From NCBI GenBank assembly GCA_949293985.1, contig CASFFN010000007.1, positions 20,619 through 84,618 of the forward strand: a stretch of 64,000 nucleotides of DNA, read 5' to 3'. This document shows positions 1 to 9,000 of this stretch, piece after piece. A model generated the notes under the pieces. The model worked only from the letters and a program-made list of their open reading frames with translations, made no database searches and was not told where the DNA came from. The stretch comes from an uncultured Eubacteriales bacterium. Its GTDB lineage: Bacteria; Bacillota; Clostridia; Oscillospirales; Oscillospiraceae. Every line of letters starts with the position of its first letter. The first letter of the stretch is position 1. Made by a program: the position numbers and the translations under genes.

Positions 1-289
1 GAGAGCCGTTCTGGAGGCTTTGGTGGAGAAGGCTTCCACCCTGGATGTGACGAGTCTTATGAATCTGGTGAACGCCATGATTCCTATGGTGGTGACAGAT
101 ATGACGGACCAGGAAATTATTGCAGTATCCACGAATCTTGCACCCATTGTCAGTGATTTGGAGCTGGTCAGCCAGCGGATTCCGGCGGATGGAACCTATG
201 AGATGGCGATGATTGACGGTATGTCTGTGCTGATTCCGGACTTTGATCCCAACCGGAAGCTGCTCCAGGAGACTATCGGAGACAATTAA
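1..289 (+). CDS. LytR-CpsA-Psr (LCP) family protein, 3' fragment (gene begins upstream of the window)
   Basis: The frame is open from nt 2. The C-terminal ~95 aa (RAVLEALVEKASTLDVTSLMNLVNAMIPMVVTDMT...LLQETIGDN) clearly parallel the C-terminus of the complete LCP paralog at 433-1482. Confidence 0.8.
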   Translation, partial: RAVLEALVEKASTLDVTSLMNLVNAMIPMVVTDMTDQEIIAVSTNLAPIVSDLELVSQRIPADGTYEMAMIDGMSVLIPDFDPNRKLLQETIGDN

Positions 290-432
290 GGACAATACTT
301 CAGCAGCCGGAAGCGACTGTGCTTCCGGCTGCTGCCATATCCTGGAGTTTGACACACATTTTGCTTATAAGAAGCGCAAGAGATATCTTTGGTTCCTTGC
401 GTAGAAAAGATCAATATTTGGAGTGAAAACTG

Positions 433-1482
433 ATGAGTAATCCGGAAAAGAAAAAGCCCACATCCAAAACCAAAGTCCTTCTGACGGTATTATGTGTCGT
501 GCTGGCTGCCGTCCTGACGGTACTGGTGGCGGCGACCATCTATGTGGAGGTCACTCTGGGCAGAATCCGCCGCCCTGAACAGCAGCAGACCCTTTCTCCG
601 GAGGAGATGGCCAGCATTTTGGATGAAACAGATCCCCACGATCCCAACTTCTCCGGCCCCACCTATGACGAAGAGGATGTGACGGCGCCGGAAACCGCAC
701 CGGAAATCCTCAACGGTGAGCATGTTATCAATGTTCTGCTGGTGGGAACGGATACCGACGGCTCCTATCGGGGCCATTCCGACTCCATGATTCTTTGCAC
801 CATTGACACGGAGAAAAAGACTGTGGTCATGACCTCCTTCCTCCGGGATATGTATATGCCCATTACTGGTTTTGGTCAGAGCGGCCACGCCCAGGAGCGA
901 ATCAATGTATCCTACCTGAGCGGCGGATTCCCCATGCTCTATGATACCCTCCGGGATAACTTCGGCGTGGTGGTGGACTACGGCGTGGAGGTGAACTTCA
1001 ACTCCTTTGCGGAGGTCATCGACCAGGTGGGGGGTGTGGACATCACCCTGACGGCCAATGAAGCAGCTCATCTGCGGGGCAAGGGCTACAATGTCCAGGA
1101 GGGTCTGAATCATATGGACGGTGAAACAGCTCTGGCCCATGCCCGGAACCGTACCACCGGCGGCACCGGCGATCTGGCCCGCAGCAGCCGGCAAAGAGCG
1201 GTGATTGAGGCCCTGATTGACAAGGCTACCAACATGGATGTGACAAGCTTGCTGAAATTGGTAAATGCCCTGATTCCCATGGTGGTGACGGATATGACCA
1301 ATGGGGAAATCTTCTCCGCGGCCAGAGCCCTGGCCCCCATTGCCGGGGATCTGGAGATTATCAGCCAGCGGATTCCGGCGGATGGAGCTTACCAGTTTGC
1401 AACCATCAACGGAAACGATATTATCTTGCCAGACTTCGATGCAGCCCGGAAGCTGCTCCAGGAAACCATCGGAAACAGCTAA
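433..1482 (+). CDS. LytR-CpsA-Psr (LCP) family cell-envelope phosphotransferase
   Basis: 349 aa. N-terminal TM helix (VLLTVLCVVLAAVLTVLVAATIYV). LCP-core-like motifs are present (NVLLVGTDTD...HSDSMILCTID, ETALAHARNR). Confidence 0.85.
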   Translation: MSNPEKKKPTSKTKVLLTVLCVVLAAVLTVLVAATIYVEVTLGRIRRPEQQQTLSPEEMASILDETDPHDPNFSGPTYDEEDVTAPETAPEILNGEHVINVLLVGTDTDGSYRGHSDSMILCTIDTEKKTVVMTSFLRDMYMPITGFGQSGHAQERINVSYLSGGFPMLYDTLRDNFGVVVDYGVEVNFNSFAEVIDQVGGVDITLTANEAAHLRGKGYNVQEGLNHMDGETALAHARNRTTGGTGDLARSSRQRAVIEALIDKATNMDVTSLLKLVNALIPMVVTDMTNGEIFSAARALAPIAGDLEIISQRIPADGAYQFATINGNDIILPDFDAARKLLQETIGNS

Positions 1483-1491
1483 AATACAAAG

Positions 1492-1529
1492 ATGCCGGAA
1501 GCCCTAAGACTTCCGGCATTTGCTTTTTT
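1492..1529. terminator. Bidirectional intrinsic terminator between convergent genes
   Basis: Stem ATGCCGGAAG (1492-1501) pairs with CTTCCGGCAT (1510-1519). A T-run lies at 1524-1529 on + and an A-rich run upstream serves the - strand. Confidence 0.8.
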
Positions 1530-1840
1530 CAGCCCTGGACAAAGCCCAATGTCCAGTAATCCAGATACACGATTTTTTCCGGGGAAGTGCCCATGGTCAC
1601 CCGCTGGCAGCGAACCTTCCACACATCGGAGTCCCGGAGCTTTTCCGCCCGGATTTCAAACACATGGTTGAGGCTCCTGCCTTCCATATATTTGTCCGCT
1701 TTGGTGAAGCGAATCAGTTCCAGCCGCCGGAAATCGTTGGTGGGAAAGGCGTTGCGAATACACAGCTGGAACATGGTCTGGGCATCGTGAATGCTGCCCA
1801 TTTCAAAGACACTTCGAATCATGGCACGATAATCTTCCAT
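1529..1840 (-). CDS. Hypothetical protein (103 aa), operon partner of the thioesterase
   Basis: AAGGAGG lies ~7 nt upstream of the ATG at 1840, which is 11 nt after the thioesterase stop on the same strand. The ORF ends at the bidirectional terminator. No family recognised. Confidence 0.6.
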   Translation of the reverse strand: MEDYRAMIRSVFEMGSIHDAQTMFQLCIRNAFPTNDFRRLELIRFTKADKYMEGRSLNHVFEIRAEKLRDSDVWKVRCQRVTMGTSPEKIVYLDYWTLGFVQG

Positions 1841-1851
1841 AGAGAACCTCC

Positions 1852-2238
1852 TTACAGCTTTGCGTAAACCTTATCCAAAAAACGCTGGGCGTCTACCAGG
1901 GCGCGCTTGTGGGTGCCCTCTCCGATTTTTCCAGCCTCGTCAAAAGCCGTCACCTGAAAGGTGATTACATTCCCTTCCACTTGGGTGACTACCGCCTCTG
2001 CCCGCACCTCCAGTCCAACCGGGGTGGCGCTAATGTGACAGATGGACAGCTCCGTACCCACGGTAGTTTTCTCCGGCGGCAAAACCGATGCCAGAGCTTC
2101 GCAGGCTGCGCCCTCCATCAGAGCGGTCATGCAGGGGGTGGCGTATACCAAAAGACTCCCGGAGCCCACCTCCCGGGCGGTATCCTCCCGCTCCACCAGG
2201 GAGGAAACTTCTCCGGTCAAACCAACGGCAATTTCCAT
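1852..2238 (-). CDS. Hotdog-fold thioesterase family protein
   Basis: 128 aa. The sequence pattern (GSGSLLVYATPCMTALMEGAACEAL...TFQVTAFDEAGKIGEGTHKRALV) resembles small FlK/YiiD-like hotdog thioesterases. Assigned from memory of the family, not searched. Confidence 0.7.
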   Translation of the reverse strand: MEIAVGLTGEVSSLVEREDTAREVGSGSLLVYATPCMTALMEGAACEALASVLPPEKTTVGTELSICHISATPVGLEVRAEAVVTQVEGNVITFQVTAFDEAGKIGEGTHKRALVDAQRFLDKVYAKL

Positions 2239-2300
2239 AGTTCATCCTCCTATCTATGTTCAATATAGCCCAAAATAAAACCGATGTCAATAAAAAAAGA

Positions 2301-2329
2301 TTGCTATTTTTGGGCCGGGGAATTATAAT
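2301..2329 (+). promoter_or_regulatory. Sigma-A-type promoter upstream of pncB
   Basis: TTGCTA (2301-2306), 17-nt spacer, TATAAT (2324-2329). Confidence 0.55.
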
Positions 2330-2358
2330 GAATGCAATAAAACAGTGAGGTGAGCCAA

Positions 2359-3813
2359 ATGGTCTCGAACGAAAAACTGAATCTTACCATGCTTTGCGAT
2401 TTTTACGAATTAACCATGGGCAACGGATATTTTGAGAACGGATTCAAGGACCGGATTTGCTACTTCGATGTGTTCTTCCGTCAGTGTCCCGACGGAGGCG
2501 GTTTTGCCATTGCCGCCGGGTTGGAACAGATTGTGGATTATATCAAAAATCTACATTTTGCCCCGGAGGATATCGCCTATTTGCGGAGCAGAAAGCTGTT
2601 TTCCGAGGGCTTCCTGGAGTATCTGGCGGACTTTCACTTCACGGGAGACATCTGGGCGGTGCCCGAGGGTACCCCCATTTTCCCCAAGGAGCCGATTATG
2701 GTGGTCCGGGCTCCAGCCATTGAGGCTCAGCTGATAGAGACCTTTATTCTCCTGTCCATCAACCACCAAAGCCTGATTGCCACCAAGGCCAACCGGGTGG
2801 TGCGGGCTGCGGAAGGGCGGACGGTGTTGGAGTTTGGCTCCCGCCGGGCCCAGGGGGCGGATGCGGCTATCCTGGGCGCAAGAGCGGCCTACATCGGCGG
2901 CTGCAACGGCACCGCCTGCACCATCTCCGACCAGCTTTACGGCGTTCTGGCGGGCGGCACCATGGCCCACTCCTGGGTGCAGATGTTTGACACGGAGTAT
3001 GAGGCATTCAAGACCTACTGCCAGCTCTACCCCCACAACGCGACCCTGCTGGTGGACACCTACAACACCCTGCAATCCGGCTTGCCCAATGCCATCCGAG
3101 CCTTCGATGAGGTGCTTAAGCCTTTGGGCATTACCAAGTGCGGCATCCGTATGGACTCCGGCGACATGGCATACCTGTCCCGTAAAGCCCGGAAAATGCT
3201 GGACGACGCAGGCTGGACGGAGTGCCAGATTTCCGTGTCCAATGCTTTGGATGAGTATCTGATTGAAAATCTTCTCCATCAGGGCGCCAAAATTGATATG
3301 TTCGGCGTAGGCGAGCGGTTGATTACCGCCAAGAGCGAGCCGGTGTTCGGCGGCGTGTATAAGCTGGTGGCGGTGGAAAAGGACGATGGCGCCATTGTCC
3401 CCAAGATTAAAATTTCCGAAAATATCGGAAAGATTACCAACCCCCACTTCAAGAAGCTGTACCGCTTCTATGGCAACGATACTGGGAAGGCCATTGCGGA
3501 CTATATGTGCCTTCACGATGAAACCGTAGACGATTCCGGGGAAATGGAAATTTTCGACCCGGAGGCCACCTGGAAGACCAAAACCGTTTACAATTTCACG
3601 GCCCGGGAGCTGCTGGTTCCTATTTTTAAGAGCGGCGAGCTGGTGTATCAGTGCCCGGATTTGCAGCAGGTGCGGAAGTATTGCCTGGAGCAGGTGGACA
3701 CTTTGTGGGACGAGGTCAAGCGCTTTGACAACCCCCATACCTATTATGTGGACCTGTCTCAGAAACTCTGGGACATCAAGAACGACTTGCTGCGGCACCA
3801 CGGTGAGCAATGA
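2359..3813 (+). CDS. pncB: Nicotinate phosphoribosyltransferase
   Basis: N-terminus LNLTMLCDFYELTMGNGYF, internal GGTMAHSWVQ, ~484 aa. GAGGTG lies 7 nt upstream of ATG 2359; the track start at 2350 is GTG in the same frame. Confidence 0.9.
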   Translation: MVSNEKLNLTMLCDFYELTMGNGYFENGFKDRICYFDVFFRQCPDGGGFAIAAGLEQIVDYIKNLHFAPEDIAYLRSRKLFSEGFLEYLADFHFTGDIWAVPEGTPIFPKEPIMVVRAPAIEAQLIETFILLSINHQSLIATKANRVVRAAEGRTVLEFGSRRAQGADAAILGARAAYIGGCNGTACTISDQLYGVLAGGTMAHSWVQMFDTEYEAFKTYCQLYPHNATLLVDTYNTLQSGLPNAIRAFDEVLKPLGITKCGIRMDSGDMAYLSRKARKMLDDAGWTECQISVSNALDEYLIENLLHQGAKIDMFGVGERLITAKSEPVFGGVYKLVAVEKDDGAIVPKIKISENIGKITNPHFKKLYRFYGNDTGKAIADYMCLHDETVDDSGEMEIFDPEATWKTKTVYNFTARELLVPIFKSGELVYQCPDLQQVRKYCLEQVDTLWDEVKRFDNPHTYYVDLSQKLWDIKNDLLRHHGEQ

Positions 3814-4328
3814 AAACGACCCAGGCAAAGGCCATCGCTGTGGGAGGCGTATTTGCAGCCATGGCGGTGGTGATACAGGGGCTGGGCGGGCTGATACCCG
3901 CTGCGACTTTCATTCTGCCGGTGCTGTGTATGTTCCTGGAATGTGTGGTGCTGGGGATGTGCGGCAAGCGGCTGACCTGGGCGTGGTTTGGCGCCGTAGC
4001 CATTCTGGGCCTGCTGGTAGGCCCGGATAAAGAATCGGCAATGCTGTTTCTGCTGCTGGGCTATTATCCCATTGTAAAACCCAGCCTGGACCGGCTGCCC
4101 CTTTCCTGGCTTTGGAAGCTTCTGCTATTCCAGTGCGTGGTGGCCATTGCCTACCTGATTCTCATCTACCTTCTGGGTATGGAGCAGTTGATACAGGAAT
4201 ATCTGGGGCTGGGACTTTGGTTTTTTGTGGTTATGCTTCTCATGGGCAATGTGACTTTCCTGCTTCTGGACAAGGCCTTGGACCGATTTCTCAAAATCAG
4301 CAGGACAAGAAGAAATAAAAAGTTTTGA
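3810..4328 (+). CDS. Small polytopic membrane protein, function unknown
   Basis: 172 aa with 5-6 hydrophobic helices. Its ATG overlaps the pncB stop (ATGA at 3810-3813), indicating translational coupling. Confidence 0.6.
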   Translation: MKTTQAKAIAVGGVFAAMAVVIQGLGGLIPAATFILPVLCMFLECVVLGMCGKRLTWAWFGAVAILGLLVGPDKESAMLFLLLGYYPIVKPSLDRLPLSWLWKLLLFQCVVAIAYLILIYLLGMEQLIQEYLGLGLWFFVVMLLMGNVTFLLLDKALDRFLKISRTRRNKKF

Positions 4329-4339
4329 AGGATGTGGCT

Positions 4340-4585
4340 ATGGAAGACCGGTGGACGCTGTATATGATAGAGTGTGCCGACGGCACCTTCTATACAGGGA
4401 TTGCCAGGGATTTGGAAAGAAGGCTGTCCCAGCACGGTACGCCCCGGGGGGCGAAATACACCAGAGGCAGGGGCCCCTTCGTGCTGAGATACACGGAGAA
4501 GGACCTGACCCATTCCCAGGCCCTTTTTCGGGAACGGCAAATCAAGAACCTGTCCCGGCAGGAAAAAGAAAATCTTTGGAAATAA
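4340..4585 (+). CDS. GIY-YIG nuclease family protein (YhbQ/UPF0213-like)
   Basis: WTLYMIECADGTFYTGIARDLERRLSQH matches the GIY-YIG motif. Start moved to ATG 4340 behind GAAGGA; the track start at 4325 is TTG. Confidence 0.8.
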   Translation: MEDRWTLYMIECADGTFYTGIARDLERRLSQHGTPRGAKYTRGRGPFVLRYTEKDLTHSQALFRERQIKNLSRQEKENLWK

Positions 4586-4589
4586 CATA

Positions 4590-4637
4590 CACCGGCAGCA
4601 GTTCCTCAGAAGGAGGGGCTGCTGCCGGTGCATTTTT
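4590..4637. terminator. Bidirectional terminator hairpin between convergent genes
   Basis: Perfect 12-bp stem CACCGGCAGCAG (4590-4601) / CTGCTGCCGGTG (4619-4630), followed by TTTTT (4633-4637). Confidence 0.75.
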
Positions 4638-5805
4638 ACTTTTCTCTGCGCTTGAAAGCACAGGCGGAAATCAGAGCGGTCAGGGGAATGGACAATATCA
4701 CACCAACACTTCCTGCCACGGCGCTGATCAGTTCAATGGAGAAGAAGGAAGAGCTGATAAGCTGATGGAAGGAGAGATTCAGAGTGGAGAAATACAAAAT
4801 CAGGGTAAAGCTGCTGCCCAGGAAGGCGAGGATCAGGGTGTTGGTCATGGTGCCTACCATGTCCCTGCCGATGTTCATACCGGAGCGGAACAGCTCTTTT
4901 CGGGAGAGAGCGGGGTTGGCGCTGCTCACCTCACAGAGGGAGGAGGCCAGCCCCATGGTCACATCCAGAACAGCGCCCAGGGTGCTGATCATAATGCCGC
5001 CTACCAGAAGTCCCTTGATTCCAATGGAAGAACCGGCCTGCCGCAGCTGCAAGAGGGGCTCCACATCGGTCATCCGCAGGCCGTCGATTTTGCAAAGCCA
5101 TTGGGCCAGCAGCCCGAATACCATGGCAAGCAGAGTTCCGGAAATAGCTCCCAGCATGGCGCAGATGGTTTTTTTCTGAATGCCTCCCAGAATGGTGAGG
5201 GTGACAATGGCGATATAGGTGCAGCACAGAAAAACAGTGGGTAGGGTGGGAAAGCCCTTTTTTAGCCCGGGAATCAGCAGGAAGAACAGGGTGGCCAGGG
5301 TGAAAAACAGTCCCAGCAGGGATTTGGCTCCGGTTTTTCCGCCCACCGCAACGGCGGCAATCAGGAACAGAACCACCACAATGGTCAAAGGCACAAGCCG
5401 GTTGTATTCAAATACTGTGGCGGTGTGGGTGCCGTCCTGGTAGGTGGAGATGGTGAGTACCGCGCTGTCACCCACTTCCAGCGGGCCGCCGTACAGAGGG
5501 CCGACATAGTTGTAAACCTGCAAGGTTTCTCCGGCGTATTGCCCGGAGGTGACTTCCACCAGCATCAGCTGCTCTCCCCGCCAGCCTCCGTCATCCGCAG
5601 GAGCCTGGGTGGTGTTGTCCGACAGGATTTCCAGGATGGTTCCTGTGTCGTACTCCACATACTCAGAAGGGGAGGGGGAGTCCTCCTTTCCAGGCTGCAC
5701 CATCCAGTAGGCAGCAGCAAAGAGCACAAGGGCTGCCAGCAGCACAAGACAGCTGAATTTGTTTTTGCGCAGCCACAAGGCGGGCTGTAATTTTCTCTTT
5801 TTCAT
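4636..5805 (-). CDS. YibE/F-like polytopic membrane protein
   Basis: N-terminal TM, an extracytoplasmic segment, then 6-7 TM helices. Start set at ATG 5805 (AGAAAGGAAG RBS), because the track start at 6009 would overlap the divergent gene. Confidence 0.65.
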   Translation of the reverse strand: MKKRKLQPALWLRKNKFSCLVLLAALVLFAAAYWMVQPGKEDSPSPSEYVEYDTGTILEILSDNTTQAPADDGGWRGEQLMLVEVTSGQYAGETLQVYNYVGPLYGGPLEVGDSAVLTISTYQDGTHTATVFEYNRLVPLTIVVVLFLIAAVAVGGKTGAKSLLGLFFTLATLFFLLIPGLKKGFPTLPTVFLCCTYIAIVTLTILGGIQKKTICAMLGAISGTLLAMVFGLLAQWLCKIDGLRMTDVEPLLQLRQAGSSIGIKGLLVGGIMISTLGAVLDVTMGLASSLCEVSSANPALSRKELFRSGMNIGRDMVGTMTNTLILAFLGSSFTLILYFSTLNLSFHQLISSSFFSIELISAVAGSVGVILSIPLTALISACAFKRREK

Positions 5806-6029
5806 ATGGGCTTCCTTTCTGCTGGTTCGCTTTATAGAAGAAACGATACCATTTCCTGACAGGTCTGTCAAGCCTGTTTCGGGGTTTTGCCCATAGCCTT
5901 GGTAAAATTTGTGTAATAATTTGGAAAAATCTAACATCTTGCTATGGATTTTTTTCATGTATTGTTGTATACTATAAGCATAATACGGCGGAGTATGTGC
6001 TCTGTCCAAAAGAAAGGAAGGATTACAAG

Positions 6030-9000
6030 ATGAAAAGATCGCTAAAAAGCAGAGTCTTTTCCGGCTTGCTGGCGCTGGTCATGATTTTGACCATGCTCCC
6101 CATGGGCACGCTGGCGGAAGGCACTGCTACATACACCAAGATCTCAACTGCTGACGAGTTGACATCCGGTAAGTATGTATTGGTGGCGCAAACCAGTGCC
6201 GGTGACAAGGCGTTGGGAACAACCATTGGCAGCAAGATAGACGGAACAGATGTTGCTGTTGATGGCGATTCTCTGTCTGGAACTACTGTGCCGGTTTGGA
6301 CGGCTACCAAAACAGAGGACGGTGTCCATTTGTTTAACGGAACCCAGTATTTAGGATATGGTTCCTCTGGAACAAACTTTACAAAGCCGGACGAAGCATA
6401 TACCTGGGTGGTTCAGGACAATGGAAACGGAACATTCCGTTTTGTTGCATCTGGAGCGACTACACGAGCCATTGCCTGGCAGGTTGGCAACGGAGGGCGG
6501 TTTGGTGCATATGCGCTTTCGAATGCATCTCAAACGGATGAGTATGTTTTTGATCTGTTGGTATTCCAAGTAACCGATGACGGTGACGGCGGCGAGGTGA
6601 CCCCTCCCGATGAGCCGGAAACCATCACCATTGCAGAGGCTTTGGGCAAGGATGATGGAACGGCTGACCTGACAGTCAAGGGTGTTGTAACTCTTCTGGA
6701 CGGGCAGAATGTCTATCTTCAGGACTCCACCGGCGGTATCTGCGCCAGAATGTCTGCAAACTTCTCTGACATCTCTCTGGGCGATACGGTCATTGCCACC
6801 GGTACCAGAGGAACCTACAACGGCTTGCCTCAGTTGAACAACAGCACTTATGAAAAGTCCTCCGGTATGACCCTGAAGGCCAAGACCACCACCATCGGCG
6901 CTTTGACCACGGCGGATATCGGTACCTATGTCACGCTCCGGAATCTGACGGTTACCGAGGTGTTCGACAATGGCGGTCAGTACTCCAATCCCAATATCAC
7001 CTTCAAGGATGATACCGGTGCGACTATCCAGCTCTATAAAGCAGTCGTTACCAAGAATGAGGACGGCAGCTGGCCCATCGCTGTGGGTGATGTGGTGACG
7101 GTGACTGCTGCGGTCAGCTGCTTCAAGGATACTCTGCAGCTGCGGAATACCACTTTCGAAGAACTGCAGCTGGGCGGCACCCCGGAGGGTCCGCTGGTAG
7201 ATGGGAATCAGGTTGTCATTTACAATCCTGCCCATAATAAAGCCCTGTCCGGCACCTATACCGGATACTACAACAACGGCGTGGATATTACCGTCACTGG
7301 TAATCAGGTGACTGGCTTTACCAAAGCGGAAGTCTGGACTGTCATCGATAACGGGGACGGCACCTGGTCCTTCTCCTATAACGGTCAGAAAATTGGCATG
7401 GGCGATGACTTTGCCAGCATGCCTCTGGGAGAAAAGAACGATAAGTGGGAAGTCATCCAGTTGGAGGACGGTACCTACAACATTAAAAATACCGTCCGCG
7501 GCAACTACATGGAGTGGTATGCGGATAAGAACAACTGGAGTACATACAATTCCAAGAATGCGGCTACCGATCCGCTGTTCAAGCTCCAGTTCTTTGTTGT
7601 GGAAGGGGAGATTACGCCTCCTGAAACCGGTATGCCAGAGGAAGGGGATCAGGTTGTTCTCTACAACCATAGCGCAGAAGGCGTCCTGGCGCTGCAAAGC
7701 GACTCTCAGACCATTCTGAACGCTCCCACCTCCGTTGAAAACGGACTGGCAGTGCCCGGCAACGGCGGCGTGGTATTCACCGTGGAAAAGAATGGAGAGT
7801 ACTACCGTTTCCACAATGACACCTTTGGCTATCTGTGCTCCAACGGCACCGGCAACAATGCTTTCTACGCTGCCGAGGCTTCTAACGATGCAGACTGGAC
7901 CCTGGCTGTCCAGGGCACCGGCTACACCCTGGAGAGCCGTACCGCCAAGTTCAATGGCAAGTACAGCCAGTTCCTGGAGTACTACGCCGGAGACTACAAG
8001 ACCTACAGCATGTATAATGTTACCGACTATGACATTTACACCTTCTCCTTCCTGGAAGTGGCGGAGGGCGTGAATGTGGTCGGCGGCGTGGTGAACAACC
8101 CCACCGTGACCTTCGGCACATTGCAGGATGCTGTGGTTGGCGTGGCGTATTCCGTTTCCTTCACCGTGGACGCCCCCTTTGGCGTTAAGACCATCCGGGC
8201 AACCTATGGGGATAAGGAAGCAACCCTCTCCAACGAAAACGCTACCTATACATTTACCATTCCCGCACAGGATATGGTAGCCGGGGAAATGACTATCGCC
8301 GTAACCGGTACCGATAACAAGGATACCGCTTTCTCCGGCGAGGTGAAGGTGGAGGTGCTGGACGAGCCGGTGATTACCAAGGTAACCCCTGCCTCCGGCA
8401 GCGAAACCCTGGATAATAAGCGGCCCAACATCTCTGCGGAGATTGTCAATGCCGGCGAGAACCCCACGGTTACCATGACCGTAGACGGCAAGGAAGTCAA
8501 AGCTGTTTATGAAAACGGCAAGGTTTCTTACACCCCGGCGGCGGACATGGAAGACGGCCGGGTGACCGTGACGGTGAAGGTTATCCGAGCCGACGGCAAG
8601 ACCGCGGAGAAGTCCTGGAGCTTCACCGTGGGCAAGGCCCGGTTCCAGCTGTACTTCGGTCAGCTCCACTCCCACACCACTTATTCCGACGGCTCCGGCT
8701 CTCTGGAAGAAGCTCTGAACTATGTAAGCAAGCTTCCGGAAAGCGCCAATGTGGACTTTGTGGCCTTTACCGACCACTCCAACTACTTTGACGAGAGCGG
8801 TAACGCCAACCCCGAGGCTGCTCTGTATGATGTATCTCAGATGACCCCCGACAGCAAGAAGCTGTGGGATGCCTATAAGGGCGCCATTGCCGCCTTCAAC
8901 GAGAGCCAGTCCGATGTGATTGCCATTGGCGGCTTTGAAATGACCTGGTCCGGCGGTCCCGGTCACATCAACACCTTCAATACTGCCGGTATTGTTTCCA

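Noticed and set aside
5857-5870. Palindrome TGACAG-GT-CTGTCA in the divergent region between the YibE/F-like and surface-protein genes.
   Set aside because: The 6-bp arms are too short to be meaningful alone, and I saw no second copy. It is not reported as a regulatory site.
5806-6009. Upstream extension of the YibE/F-like ORF to 6009, and the 5997 start of the surface-protein ORF.
   Set aside because: The two extensions would overlap each other in a divergent promoter region. Internal ATGs at 5805 (-) and 6030 (+) each have strong AGAAAGGAAG(G) RBSs and yield a TM helix or signal peptide directly.
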